Of a DNA stretch of 64,000 bases, positions 29,021 to 39,622 are shown in pieces. This stretch comes from a virus (lineage: Duplodnaviria > Caudoviricetes). The stretch is taken from positions 4,280 through 68,279 of the IMG/VR virus record IMGVR_UViG_3300005680_000114, one strand, 5' to 3'. Every line of letters begins with the position of its first letter. Position 1 is the first letter of the stretch. The position numbers and the translations under genes are program-made. The notes beneath the pieces are model-generated. The model saw only the letters and a program-made list of their open reading frames with translations, was not told the origin of the DNA and did no database searches.

Positions 29021-30706
29021 ATGAATCCGGTTATCGGCGGCGCTCCCCCTGCTAGCTTCCAAATGCCCACCGCTTCGGTGAACGGCGGCAATCCGCTCTC
29101 GCAGTATCAGCAAGCGCCGCAAGGTCCGACGCAAGGCGTGCAACAGTCCGCGGCTCCGATCGCGATTCCCGCCGCGCATCTTGGTGCGAATCCCGAACAG
29201 CCGGGTTTCGGTACCGGCGGCTTCGTCATGTCGCCGACGACGCCCGGTCAACAGCAGTCGCAAGGCATGCCGCAGTTGAATCTCCAACTGCCGGCACAGT
29301 CGGCTGCTCCGCAGTTTCAATCGGCTCCGACCTTTCAGCCGCAGCAGCAGTTCGCGGCCCCGCAGCCGCAACAGCCGGCGGCGCCGATGTTCGCGCAGCC
29401 GAGCGGGCAGGCCTTCCAGTTCAACGACGGCATGAGCCTCGGCGGCGCCGCGGGCGGCTTCGTGCCGACGGCCGGCCAACCGTTCCCGCAGCAAGTTCCG
29501 CAGCAACAGGCGTTCGGCTTCCCGCAGCAACAGCCGGCATTCGTGCCGCCGCAGCCGGCGCCGATCCGCGACAGCTTGGTGCAACGCGGCATCAACGTCG
29601 GTCACTACACCAGCGACGCCGAGCTCTTGAACGATCTCGGCACCGTCGCTCAGTCGGCTCAACAGATTCAGCAGCAAGCCGCATGGGCGGCGGCGAACGC
29701 TCAACAGCAACCGCAAGGCGGCCAGCAACAGCAGCAGCAGCCGCAAGGCGGCGCTCAGCAACAGCAGCCCGGCGGCGGACAGCAAGCGCCGAACAAGCCG
29801 CAGGCCCCGGAGTGGAATCCGGAGTGGAACCAATTCGTTCGCGTCAACCCGCAGACCGGTTTGTACGAGACGGTCAGCCCGCACGTGAATCCGATGCTGG
29901 CCCAGCGCGCCAACGAGTATCGATCGTGGCAACGGCAGCAAGCCGAAAAGCTGATCACGAATCCGATGGAAGTCATCGGGCCGGATCTCGACGCGCGTCT
30001 CGCCAAGATCAAAGACGACGCCAAGGCGGAAGTTCGCCAAGAGCTTGCCGTCGAACGCCGCCGCGAGGCGGGTGCTCGCGCCGTCGACGACTTCGTTGAG
30101 AAGAACAAGGCCGTGTTCTTCGTCCACGACGCGGCAGGCAAGCCGGCCGTCAATCCGATCACGGGCCAGTTCCAATTCACCGCACGCGGCCAAGCCGCGA
30201 TGACGTACGCGTCGCAGTATCGCACGGAGTTCGCGAACCGCTACGGTCGCGCCCCCGATGCCGACGACGTCATCGCTCAAGTGCAAACCCGCCTGCAGGC
30301 CGACGAGGCTCGCGGCGCTTTCGGTCCGCCGGTGCAACAGCTTGGCGGTCAGCCTTTCCAAGGCGTGCCGCAGTTTCCGCAACAACAGTTGCCGGCGCCG
30401 CAGCCGTTCATGCCGCAGATGCCGCAGTTCGGCGGCGGCATGTTCGTGCCGCAGATGCCGATGCAGGCGCCCGCCATGGTGCCCTACCAACCTCAATTCG
30501 CTCCGCAGTTCGCATCGCCACAAGACGACGTCGTTCGTCGCGCGATCGCGATGCAGCAAGCCGGTTACATGCCGCAGCCCAACGGCACGATTCAGCACGC
30601 GATGCAGAACGCCCTCGCACCGCAGAACCCGAGTTTGGATTTCAAGTCGATGCTTCGTCAGTCCGCTCAAGCCCGCGGCATCTCGACGGAACATTTTAGT
30701 TCCTAG
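29021..30706 (+). CDS. Probable capsid scaffolding protein, Q/P-rich
   Basis: Immediately upstream of the major capsid gene; disordered Q/P/F-rich ends flank a helical core. Confidence 0.7.
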   Translation: MNPVIGGAPPASFQMPTASVNGGNPLSQYQQAPQGPTQGVQQSAAPIAIPAAHLGANPEQPGFGTGGFVMSPTTPGQQQSQGMPQLNLQLPAQSAAPQFQSAPTFQPQQQFAAPQPQQPAAPMFAQPSGQAFQFNDGMSLGGAAGGFVPTAGQPFPQQVPQQQAFGFPQQQPAFVPPQPAPIRDSLVQRGINVGHYTSDAELLNDLGTVAQSAQQIQQQAAWAAANAQQQPQGGQQQQQQPQGGAQQQQPGGGQQAPNKPQAPEWNPEWNQFVRVNPQTGLYETVSPHVNPMLAQRANEYRSWQRQQAEKLITNPMEVIGPDLDARLAKIKDDAKAEVRQELAVERRREAGARAVDDFVEKNKAVFFVHDAAGKPAVNPITGQFQFTARGQAAMTYASQYRTEFANRYGRAPDADDVIAQVQTRLQADEARGAFGPPVQQLGGQPFQGVPQFPQQQLPAPQPFMPQMPQFGGGMFVPQMPMQAPAMVPYQPQFAPQFASPQDDVVRRAIAMQQAGYMPQPNGTIQHAMQNALAPQNPSLDFKSMLRQSAQARGISTEHFSS

Positions 30707-30723
30707 TTAGGAGTTGCAGTCCT

Positions 30724-31857
30724 ATGGTCGCCACGTTGCTCTCGACGTACGACGTCGAATGGCTGGGTGTGATTCACGAGCAGACGCCCCGCTTTATGAA
30801 AGGCGCCGCGGACGAAACCGTCCGTCGTCGCATGTTGCTCAGCTACCTGCGCAAGTACGGACGCATCGTCCTGAACGCCAACTCGCCGGTCTGTATTTGG
30901 AACATCAAATACAAGCAACAGCCGATCGAAAGCGCGGGCGACGGCGGCACGCTGACGTTCACGCGTCACGATCTCTACAAACAAGCGGCGCTCAACTGGC
31001 GCGGCTACGTCGGCACCGACATGATGACGGAGAAAGAGTACCTGATGAACCAGGGTCCGGGCCGGATCCTGAATCGGTATTCCGAAGTCATCCCGTCGCT
31101 GATGGAAGCGATGACCGACAACTTCGGCGGCGAAATGATCCTCGACGGCGAGGCGGCCGATCGGCAGAACAACCTGCACGGCATCGAGTCGTTCATGGGC
31201 TCGAGCACGACGGTCGCCAACGACTTGATCGCCAAGCCGGGTGACACGTACGCCGGTTTGTCGACGGCCGTCGGCAACGAAGGCGGTTCGTGGTCGACCG
31301 CGTTGGGAAGCAACTACTTCCCGAACGCGTCGATCGCAAGCGATTGGCCGAACGGCAAGGGGTCGTATCAATACGACTACTATTCGCCGCTCTTGCTCAA
31401 CGCGTCGTCGACGCGCTGGGGCACGGGCTCCACGGAGTTCGAAGCCAACTGCGAACGCATCATTCGCCAAGGCATCATCTGGCTGGCGAACAAGGGCGGT
31501 CAAAGCGGTCGGCCGAAGATGGTTCTGTTGAGCGCCGATTACTACTCGGCGTTCTTGAACCACTTGGCGGTCAAGCAACGCGTCATCGTGCCGCACAAGG
31601 AGTCGCAAGATCTCGGCTTCGAAGACACCGTCAACTTCGACGGCGTCTCGGTCGCGTTCGACTACGAAGTGCCGTCGCGAACCGGCTACATGCTCAACGT
31701 GCAGAACATGGAGCTCGCGTCGCTCGACAAAGTGCTCTTCGGTTATCGCGGCCCCGACTGGTCGATGCCCGATCGCGCGTGGCTCTTCTACGTCGGGTTC
31801 TGGGGCAACATGCGGTATCGGCCGAAACACTTCGGCAAGATCTACCCGTACGCCTAA
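30724..31857 (+). CDS. Major capsid protein
   Basis: 377 aa after the scaffold and before terminase/portal; pattern of HK97-fold coats (LGFEDTVNFDGVSV.FD..VP..GY.LN). Confidence 0.85.
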   Translation: MVATLLSTYDVEWLGVIHEQTPRFMKGAADETVRRRMLLSYLRKYGRIVLNANSPVCIWNIKYKQQPIESAGDGGTLTFTRHDLYKQAALNWRGYVGTDMMTEKEYLMNQGPGRILNRYSEVIPSLMEAMTDNFGGEMILDGEAADRQNNLHGIESFMGSSTTVANDLIAKPGDTYAGLSTAVGNEGGSWSTALGSNYFPNASIASDWPNGKGSYQYDYYSPLLLNASSTRWGTGSTEFEANCERIIRQGIIWLANKGGQSGRPKMVLLSADYYSAFLNHLAVKQRVIVPHKESQDLGFEDTVNFDGVSVAFDYEVPSRTGYMLNVQNMELASLDKVLFGYRGPDWSMPDRAWLFYVGFWGNMRYRPKHFGKIYPYA

Positions 31858-31956
31858 GCGACCATCTGGCGATTGTCACCCGCCGGCCCGGCCTAACCCG
31901 CCGGGCCGGCTCGACGCTCTCTCTGATCCATCCGTTTCCAAGCAAGGGCTTTCATC

Positions 31957-32493
31957 ATGTTCGGTTCCAATGTTCAGCCGTTCGGCCGCGGCGAATACGC
32001 CGACGGCGTGCGCGTCCCGGCGGACGTGCAAGGCGGCCTGTTCGAATTCAAAGACATTCTCACGGCGACCAGCAATCCCCGCAGCGGCCGTGAAGTTCTC
32101 ATGCGTCTCGTCAAGAACGACAGCGGGGGCGAGTTGCTGCCGGGCCGCGGCGTGGCCTACAAGGCGACCGGAGCCGACAACTTCGGCAAGGTCGTTGGCG
32201 GCTACTCGGGCGCCGGCGAAAAGGTTGACGGCGTCGTCGACTGGACGTTGCCGTCGGCCGGCGTGCCGGACGGCAAATGGTTTTGGATGGCCGTGCCGCG
32301 CGGGCCGGTCTATGTCGTCAGCGACGGCGCCTCGACGCTCGCTCGCGGCGACATTCTCAAAACCGCCGCCAGCGGCAAGTTCACGAAAGATTCGGCCACG
32401 CCTGCCACCAACGGCAAGGCCGGCTATTGCGAAGACGTCTCCGTCACGAACGTCGACGGAACGAACTTCTGGATGGAATTGACCGGAGCGTAA
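31957..32493 (+). CDS. Capsid decoration/cement protein candidate
   Basis: Follows the capsid gene; Gly-rich beta protein (LARGDILK). Confidence 0.6.
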   Translation: MFGSNVQPFGRGEYADGVRVPADVQGGLFEFKDILTATSNPRSGREVLMRLVKNDSGGELLPGRGVAYKATGADNFGKVVGGYSGAGEKVDGVVDWTLPSAGVPDGKWFWMAVPRGPVYVVSDGASTLARGDILKTAASGKFTKDSATPATNGKAGYCEDVSVTNVDGTNFWMELTGA

Positions 32494-32527
32494 GCGGGTC
32501 GGGCGTGTTCGGTTTCGCGGACCGGAT

Positions 32528-32570
32528 GGCGGCGGCCTGATGGGCTTTCGGGCCGCCGCCTTTTTCTTTT
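32528..32570 (+). terminator. Intrinsic terminator
   Basis: GGCGGCGGCC/GGCCGCCGCC stem followed by TTTTTCTTTT. Confidence 0.85.
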
Positions 32571-32586
32571 CCTCTCAGCACGATCC

Positions 32587-33162
32587 ATGAACGATGCAAG
32601 CCAATCCACGAACTTCATCAATCTGCCGGAAGAGCCACCGGCCGGGATGAAGCGCTGCGCCGTGTGCAGCGAAGTGAAGGCCGAGACGTCGTTCGACATC
32701 AAGGATCCGGCCACGGGCCGCCGCAGCGGAACGTGCTACTCCTGCCGCAGCCGCGAGCGCACGCAACGCCTGAAGGAAGGCGGCGAAACCGCGTATCAGC
32801 GTCGCGTCAAGGAAACGCTCGCCAAGATCGTTTCGCAACTGACGGACGATCATCCGGACGTGCCGGGCGTCGCCAAGATCGCGCACGGTCTGATCGCAGG
32901 CCTCGGCGGACTCGACTCGTTCGTCGGCGAATGGGTGAAGACTCTGACGAGCGACAAGCTCACGCCGAAGATCAAGCTCGAGAACTTTCGCGCGATCGCC
33001 AAGCTCTGTGCCGAAGCCGGTGAAGCCAACTCCACGTTGCAAGGTTTGAAGAACCTCACGGATCCGGAGTTGAACGAACTCTTGCTTGGAATGCTTGGCG
33101 ACGAAATGGCGAACCGCGGCCTCAAGATCGTCGGCGTCGACGAAGACGCGGGGGCGGCATGA
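32587..33162 (+). CDS. Probable terminase small subunit with N-terminal Zn finger
   Basis: Overlaps the terL start; CAVC..CYSC followed by a helical domain. Confidence 0.5.
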   Translation: MNDASQSTNFINLPEEPPAGMKRCAVCSEVKAETSFDIKDPATGRRSGTCYSCRSRERTQRLKEGGETAYQRRVKETLAKIVSQLTDDHPDVPGVAKIAHGLIAGLGGLDSFVGEWVKTLTSDKLTPKIKLENFRAIAKLCAEAGEANSTLQGLKNLTDPELNELLLGMLGDEMANRGLKIVGVDEDAGAA

Positions 33163-34853
33163 GCGGCACGCAACAAGCCAACTTGGCCGCGGTCATCGCG
33201 GAACGCCGAGCCCGGGACGAGGAAGCGCTTTCCTTGTTTCGGGCGATGCCGTCTCAAGTCGGGTTCATCGAGAGCCTTGCGTCGGAGCGATTGGTTCGCG
33301 GTGGTAACCGTTCGGGCAAGTCGACCATCGCGGCCGTCGAGATCGCGAGCGCCGCTTGCCGTCGACCGGTCAACGGTCCGGACGGCAAGCCGCTGCTGAT
33401 GAAGTATCCGACCAACCGGCCGCTCACGATCTGGATCATCGGCCTTGGCGAGACGCACATCGGCGACACGCTGTATCGGCTGCTCTTCCTCCCCGGTGCT
33501 TTCTACTGCATCAAGGATGAAGCGACGGGCAAGCTCCGCGCGTGGAATCCCAACGATCCGGCGGACGCGGCGCGCGAAGCCGACAAGGTGCCGGCGCCGC
33601 CGCTCATACCGGCGCGGCTTGTTCCCGAAGGCGCGTTTGCCTGGAAGAACAAAGCGGCCCGGATCTTTACGAGCGTCACGCTCGCCAACGGCACGATCAT
33701 TCATGCGTACTCGAGCAACGCCGACGTCAAAGTCGGCGACCCGGTCGACCTGATTTGGGTGGACGAAGACATCGTCTACCCGGCTTACGTCGCGGAATGG
33801 CAAGCGCGTCTCTCCGACCGCAAGGGACGGCTGGTGTGGTCAAGCTGGCCGCGTACCGCCAACCCCGCGCTCATGTCGATGACGAAGCGGGCCAAGGAGC
33901 AACGGACGCGAGAGAAGCCCGACGTCGCCGAATGGATCCTGAAGTTTTCCGACAACCCGCACATCGACGCCGACGAAAAGCGCAAGCGTCTCGAGGGCTG
34001 GTCGCCGGAAGAGCGGCAGGCGCGCGACAACGGCGAATACGTGCTCGACGGCGTGCTCATGTATCCGAGCTTTTCGGAAGACGTGCATTGCACGCCCAAG
34101 GCCAACGCCTTCGAGCAAGACGAAGTCGATCGCCTGCTGATCGAACGGGCGTGGCAACCGCCGCGTGATTGGACCCGGTATCTGTTTCTGGATCCGGGCC
34201 ATAGCTGCACCGCCGTGCTGTTCGTCGCCGTTCCGCCCCCGGAGCTTGGCGACTACGTCGTTTTCTACGACGAGCTCTACCTGAAGGGCTACGACGCCGA
34301 CGGCTGCGCGGAACGCGTGCTGCAGAAGATCGCCGGTTATCGGTTCTACAAATTCACGATCGACTTCCGCATGGGCCGCCAGCACGGGCCCGGCATCGGC
34401 AAGACCTACCGCGACATTTACGCGGAGGCCTTCGCACGCAAGGGGCTTAACTCCGTCGTCACCGGATCCTCGTTCGCGTTCTCGAGCGACGACGTGCCGG
34501 CCGGGCTCTTGGCCTTCCGTTCGTGGCTGACGGTTCGGCCGAGCGGACGGCCGCGGCTGCGAGTCGTTAAGCACACCTGCAAAAACTGGATCGACGAAGT
34601 CACCACGTACCGCAAGCACATCGAGAAGACCGAAGCGACGGAACTGCCGGCTTCCGGTCAGGCCGATCACTTGATGGATACGTCGCGTTACGCCGCCATG
34701 GACGGATGCCGCTACGTCGCCGTCGCCGACGACGGTACCGGCGGCATGGATCCGGGCGAAGCGTTCCGCCGTTATCAGTCCCTTTGGAAGCCCGGCGACA
34801 ACGCCGCGCAAGTTCCGCCCTGTTCGTCGTTCGGCGCCGGCCGCGCGGCATAG
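33159..34853 (+). CDS. terL: Terminase large subunit
   Basis: Walker A GGNRSGKST; Walker B IWVDED; nuclease LFLDPG and DHLMDTSRY. Confidence 0.93.
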   Translation: MSGTQQANLAAVIAERRARDEEALSLFRAMPSQVGFIESLASERLVRGGNRSGKSTIAAVEIASAACRRPVNGPDGKPLLMKYPTNRPLTIWIIGLGETHIGDTLYRLLFLPGAFYCIKDEATGKLRAWNPNDPADAAREADKVPAPPLIPARLVPEGAFAWKNKAARIFTSVTLANGTIIHAYSSNADVKVGDPVDLIWVDEDIVYPAYVAEWQARLSDRKGRLVWSSWPRTANPALMSMTKRAKEQRTREKPDVAEWILKFSDNPHIDADEKRKRLEGWSPEERQARDNGEYVLDGVLMYPSFSEDVHCTPKANAFEQDEVDRLLIERAWQPPRDWTRYLFLDPGHSCTAVLFVAVPPPELGDYVVFYDELYLKGYDADGCAERVLQKIAGYRFYKFTIDFRMGRQHGPGIGKTYRDIYAEAFARKGLNSVVTGSSFAFSSDDVPAGLLAFRSWLTVRPSGRPRLRVVKHTCKNWIDEVTTYRKHIEKTEATELPASGQADHLMDTSRYAAMDGCRYVAVADDGTGGMDPGEAFRRYQSLWKPGDNAAQVPPCSSFGAGRAA

Positions 34854-34883
34854 CCCTGTTCGTCAAAGCCCAAGGAGTTCGTC

Positions 34884-35354
34884 ATGTCGACCGTTGAACA
34901 AAAGCCCGTACCTATGGCAACGATCACGCACGTCGCCGCGTTGCTGGGATGCCCCATCATGCAGATGGTCGCCTACTACGCGAACGGCGACCGCGACGGC
35001 CATCCGATGCCCGCCGTCGTTCGTTGGAATCATTCGGGCGGCGTCCTCGACTTGACCGTCTTCCCGCAGGGTCAACCCCTGGTGAAGAACGACATCAAGC
35101 ACGTCGACGATCCGATCTTCCAAGTCAATCCGCGACTGTTGCGCGAGTACGGCGCGTGGGGATACCCGCCCGGCTATCTGCCGCAGAAGTTTCCCGTCAT
35201 GCCGATTGAAGTTCCTTCGATCGCCTCCACCGTCATTCGCGAATGGTGCAACGGCGTCGAAGACCTGCAGACGATCGCGATGCGTTGCGGCGGGATCTCG
35301 CTCGATCTCGTCAAGGAAATCATGGGCGAATTCGGACGCGTTCATAAGAAGTAA
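34884..35354 (+). CDS. Hypothetical protein
   Basis: Between terL and portal; AAGGAG RBS. Confidence 0.65.
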   Translation: MSTVEQKPVPMATITHVAALLGCPIMQMVAYYANGDRDGHPMPAVVRWNHSGGVLDLTVFPQGQPLVKNDIKHVDDPIFQVNPRLLREYGAWGYPPGYLPQKFPVMPIEVPSIASTVIREWCNGVEDLQTIAMRCGGISLDLVKEIMGEFGRVHKK

Positions 35355-35356
35355 CC

Positions 35357-37471
35357 ATGTACGCCGCACTTGGCCCACAAGCCGACGTTCTCTCGCCGCT
35401 CGTTCAGTCGTGGCTCGGCAAGATCCGCCTCGCGCAAGAGGCGAAACAGCCGTTCAACGACGTCGGGCGGCAGTGCATGGAATTCTTTTCCGGAAGCCTC
35501 GGCTTCATGTGGCAACCGGAGTTCATGCAAAAGTTCGTCGGCGGGCCGCTGATCACGCCGCGATTCAAGGTGACGATCGCCAAGGCTTTCGAGCTTGTGG
35601 CGCTCTACGGCCCGAATCTGTATTGGCAGAACCCGGCCCGCATGGTGAAGCCGCGAAAGGCAATCGGCATCAGCCCCGAGCTCTTCGGAGCGTTGGGCGA
35701 CCCGAACGCCATGATGCTGTTTCAGATTGCTCAGCAATCGCAGATGCAGCGCGCGGCCGTGAACAACGTCGTCTCGGCGTTGCTCAACGCGTGGTTGAAC
35801 TACACGCCGGCCGAGCAGCCCGGCGGCGGTCTGGCGACGCACGCCTCGCAGGGAATCACCGAAGCGCTGACCAAGGGCCGCGCGTGCCTGTGGCCGAAGC
35901 CCTACTCGATGCCTGGCAGCAACCGCGTCATTACCGGTTGCTTCTACGATTCGGTCGACAACCTGTTGATCGATCCGGACTCGACGAGCATTCACGACGC
36001 GCGTTGGATCTCCCAAACCGTCACCGCTCCGGTGTGGCAAGTCGAGCGGGACTTCCAACTCCCGCCCGGTTCGCTGCAGGGATACGGCAGTTACGAAAGC
36101 GCCAGCCGCCAAGGGGAAGGTTCGAATTGGGATCCGATGACATCGCTCGATCGACGGATCGGCAAGACGTTCGACCTGATGACGTACCAAAAGATTTATT
36201 CCAAGGGCGGCGTCGGCGGCCGGCTCTGCGGTAACTCCATGGTCGGGCCGTCGCTGACGCAGGCCTTCGATCAAGTCGTCGGGGATTACGCGTACATCGC
36301 CGTCGCCCCCAATGTCCCGTTCATCCTCAACGCTCCGACGCAGCGCCTCAATATGGCGTTCGACTCCGACGTCGAGCGCATGTTCCGTTGGCCGATCCCG
36401 TACTGGCTCGACGACAAGTGGCCGGTGACCGTGCTCGACTTCTACACGAAGCCGAACAACCCGTGGCCGATCGCACCGATGGCGCCGGGCTTGGGCGAAC
36501 TCACGTTTATCAACGTGATGATGTCCATGCTGATGAATCGCATCTGGCACACGACGCGGTTGATCGCGCTGGGCAAGAAGAGCCTGCCGCCCGATTTTGA
36601 AACGACGCTCAAGGGCGGCGGCGATTTCGTTTACGGCAAGATGGATCAGACCGACGACGTCGACAAAGACTTGCGATTCGTCGAGTTGCCGCCGATCGAC
36701 ATCAACGCGTGGAAGATGGTCGACGAGGCGATGGTGCTCTTCGACAAGCGGACCGGCTTGAGCGAATTGCTCTACTCGATGAACCCGGGCGGCGTCGCCA
36801 GCCGATCGGCCGAAGACGCTGCGACCAAAAAGCAGTATGCGTCGATCCGGCCGGAATACATGGCCAATCAGGTTTCGAGTTGGATGACCGAAGCCGCGGA
36901 CATGGAAAAGTTCTGCGCCCGTTGGTTCGTCCAGCCGCAGGATCTTCAAGGCTTCTTCGGCCCGGTCGAACAATACCTGTGGCAGCAATACATCATGGGC
37001 GAGAGCCCGGAGGTAGTCGTTCGCGAATTCCGCGCGACCGTCGCGGCGAACAGCACGCGCAAGCCGGACAAGTATCGCGACGTCGAGAACGTCAACCAAC
37101 TGTTGCAGTTCTTCGGGCCGATCGCGCAGATGTGGGCTCAGGCGACCGGCAACCCGCAGTCGATCAACGGCGTCCTGCAGAAGTGGGGCAGCGCAGTTGA
37201 GGAAGACGTGCAAGAGCTTTTGTTGAGCCCGCCGCCCCCGCCGTCGCCGGATCCCGCCGCACAGCAGGCGGCCGAGCTCCAAGCCCAACAGATGCAGCAG
37301 CAGTTGCAAATGGCCCAAGAGCAGCACGGCCAAAAGATGCAGCAAGGTTCCGAGCAGCATCAACAGAAGATGGCCCAGCAAGCCCAGACCGCTCAACTCA
37401 AACTCGCGTTGGCCGCAATCGCCGGTCAGCAGAAAGCCCAACAGCAAGCCCAAGCCAAGAGTGCCGCATGA
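35357..37471 (+). CDS. Portal protein
   Basis: 704 aa after the terminase; podovirus-type portal with a PPPP/Q-rich C-terminal barrel-like tail. Confidence 0.82.
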   Translation: MYAALGPQADVLSPLVQSWLGKIRLAQEAKQPFNDVGRQCMEFFSGSLGFMWQPEFMQKFVGGPLITPRFKVTIAKAFELVALYGPNLYWQNPARMVKPRKAIGISPELFGALGDPNAMMLFQIAQQSQMQRAAVNNVVSALLNAWLNYTPAEQPGGGLATHASQGITEALTKGRACLWPKPYSMPGSNRVITGCFYDSVDNLLIDPDSTSIHDARWISQTVTAPVWQVERDFQLPPGSLQGYGSYESASRQGEGSNWDPMTSLDRRIGKTFDLMTYQKIYSKGGVGGRLCGNSMVGPSLTQAFDQVVGDYAYIAVAPNVPFILNAPTQRLNMAFDSDVERMFRWPIPYWLDDKWPVTVLDFYTKPNNPWPIAPMAPGLGELTFINVMMSMLMNRIWHTTRLIALGKKSLPPDFETTLKGGGDFVYGKMDQTDDVDKDLRFVELPPIDINAWKMVDEAMVLFDKRTGLSELLYSMNPGGVASRSAEDAATKKQYASIRPEYMANQVSSWMTEAADMEKFCARWFVQPQDLQGFFGPVEQYLWQQYIMGESPEVVVREFRATVAANSTRKPDKYRDVENVNQLLQFFGPIAQMWAQATGNPQSINGVLQKWGSAVEEDVQELLLSPPPPPSPDPAAQQAAELQAQQMQQQLQMAQEQHGQKMQQGSEQHQQKMAQQAQTAQLKLALAAIAGQQKAQQQAQAKSAA

Positions 37472-38079
37472 GCCAGACCATTGAACTTCCGTACGACGTC
37501 GCCCACGCTTCGCCCGCCGCGCAACAGCGGTACCTCGAGCAGATTGCTCAAGGCGTCGCTCCCCGCATGGCCGAAATGCTCGCGCTGCGGAAAGCCCCGC
37601 GCGTGATGACCGACAGCGTTTTCTTTGAAGGCCGCGGCACGCTGGACAAACAATTCGAAGGCACGCCGTGCGGTCAACTCGACGAGCTCATCAATGCGGC
37701 CAAGGCCGCCGGCTACACGCCGAATCCCAACGACGTGTACGAACCGGGCCTCGCGGAATTCTTCGGCGACCCTCGCGCGTTCGTGCCCCCGACCGGCGGC
37801 ATGGGCCACGTGCAACGCGTCTGCGAAGAGCGCGGCGTCGGATGCCAAGGCGCGATCAATCTGAAAAGCCGGGCTCCCGACAAAGAGCCCGAACATTGCC
37901 GCCTCGCTCCGGATCTTGTGCAAGAGCAAGTCGCGGCGATGGTGGCGGCCAACCCCGAACTCAGATACACGGCTGACCCGCGCGAACTCGCGGACGAAGT
38001 CGTGTCGAAGCATGGTTTCGACGACTCCCTACGGGCGGGTGAGACGTCGCGACAAATCACTGATCTCCCGTCCGAGTAA
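37468..38079 (+). CDS. Hypothetical virion-region protein
   Basis: ATGA overlap with the portal gene. Confidence 0.65.
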   Translation: MSQTIELPYDVAHASPAAQQRYLEQIAQGVAPRMAEMLALRKAPRVMTDSVFFEGRGTLDKQFEGTPCGQLDELINAAKAAGYTPNPNDVYEPGLAEFFGDPRAFVPPTGGMGHVQRVCEERGVGCQGAINLKSRAPDKEPEHCRLAPDLVQEQVAAMVAANPELRYTADPRELADEVVSKHGFDDSLRAGETSRQITDLPSE

Positions 38080-38094
38080 TAAGGAGTTTTCGTC

Positions 38095-39018
38095 ATGTTG
38101 CAGATTCTCTCGCGTCAAGGGCTTGCCGTCGCGCTCGGGGACGAAGCCGCGGCTCAAGACATTGCCGCGCACCTCGACGCCGCAATTCCCTACGGCAAGA
38201 TCTTCTATGTCTGCTCGGTCAACGGCCGCGACGGCGCCGGGGCCGGCGTCAATCCCACGCTGCCGTTTGCCACGATCGATTTCGCCATCGGCCAATGCAC
38301 GGCCAACAAGGGCGATCGGATCTACGTGCTGCCGGGCCATGCGGAAACCGTCACGGGCGACATCGATCTCGACGTGGCCGGCGTCACGATCCTGGGCCTG
38401 GGCAACGGCGAGAATCGTCCCGTCGTCACCTTCGGTACCAGCACGGCCGCTAAGCTCGACATCGACGCCGCCAACTGCCGCGTGCGAAACATCGTTTTCA
38501 AGAACGACATCGATTCGCAAGTGGTCGTCATCGACATCGACGGCGCCGGCACGATCATCGAAGACTGCGAATTGCTCGAGGGTTCGTCGAAGCAATTCCT
38601 CATCGGTATCGACATCGGGGCCGATCGTTGCGTCGTGCGTCGCAACTACATCAAGAGCGTCGCCGTCGGTGCGGACAGCGGCATCAAGATCAGTGCCGCC
38701 GTCGATCGTCCGCACATCGTCGACAACGAAGTCTTTGGCGACTTCGCCGACGCGTGCATCCACAACCCGACGTCGGCCGTGGCGACGCGGTGCCGGATCG
38801 ATCGTAACGTGCTGACGAACCAGCAAAGCGGCGATCACGCGATCGAGCTTGTGTCGGCCTGCACGGGAACGATCAGCTTCAACATCGCCAACTCGTCGCT
38901 CGCCGCTGCCGGCACGCGGACCGCGATCGATCCCGGTTCGTGCTATTGCTGCGAGAACTACGGCTCGGACGGCGTCGGCGACGTCAACGGCGTGCTCAAC
39001 CCGGCGGCCGACTCCTAA
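38095..39018 (+). CDS. Right-handed beta-helix (pectin-lyase-like) virion protein
   Basis: PFATIDFAIGQCTANKGDRIYVLPGHAE followed by repeated beta-helix rungs. Confidence 0.75.
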   Translation: MLQILSRQGLAVALGDEAAAQDIAAHLDAAIPYGKIFYVCSVNGRDGAGAGVNPTLPFATIDFAIGQCTANKGDRIYVLPGHAETVTGDIDLDVAGVTILGLGNGENRPVVTFGTSTAAKLDIDAANCRVRNIVFKNDIDSQVVVIDIDGAGTIIEDCELLEGSSKQFLIGIDIGADRCVVRRNYIKSVAVGADSGIKISAAVDRPHIVDNEVFGDFADACIHNPTSAVATRCRIDRNVLTNQQSGDHAIELVSACTGTISFNIANSSLAAAGTRTAIDPGSCYCCENYGSDGVGDVNGVLNPAADS

Positions 39019-39113
39019 TCGTCGGCTTCAATCCAGTTCGCTTCTTCCGTCTGCGGCGGGGTGTCTTCTTCCACTCCGTCGCAGGCGGTTTTCTCACATA
39101 CGGAGTTTGAGTC

Positions 39114-39620
39114 ATGGCCGGAAAGTTGCACGTGAAGCGGTCGCTGACGGAGCGGAACATGCCGGACGTTCCGGCGATGGTGCCCGTCTCCGTGATCAGC
39201 GATTGGGTGGACGTCTGCACGGAACCGGAGGAGGCCGATAACAGCGGCAGCACCGTGGTCGCTCCGCTCAGCATCACGCGTGAGGCGCAGAACCGGCTAT
39301 ACAACCACGGCATCGGCACGTCGGCGCAGATTCGTCTCAAGTACGACGACGGCGCCGGCACGCTTACCAACCCGGTCGTACAACCGTTCGGGTTTGACGG
39401 CAACGACTCGCCGCAAAAGCTGGTCAACGCCGACGGCGATCACGAATTGACGCTGACGATCGACGCGACCAACGACGTGCAAGACGGCACGTACAAATAC
39501 ACCGCGCCGGTCGAAGTGGACATGGACGGGTGCGCAAGCATCTTGGTCGCGATTAAGACGGCGTTCAACGCCGGTACCGGAACGGAGAACAACGCGACGA
39601 TTCAAGTCCGCGTGAAGTAA
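39114..39620 (+). CDS. Virion structural protein
   Basis: Beta-rich ORF in the late operon. Confidence 0.6.
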   Translation: MAGKLHVKRSLTERNMPDVPAMVPVSVISDWVDVCTEPEEADNSGSTVVAPLSITREAQNRLYNHGIGTSAQIRLKYDDGAGTLTNPVVQPFGFDGNDSPQKLVNADGDHELTLTIDATNDVQDGTYKYTAPVEVDMDGCASILVAIKTAFNAGTGTENNATIQVRVK

Positions 39621-39622
39621 GC

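Noticed and set aside
17556-37453. Long antisense ORFs (for example 17556-19208 +, 28952-30694 -, 35342-37453 -)
   Set aside because: They are shadow frames opposite well-supported genes, caused by high-GC codon bias.
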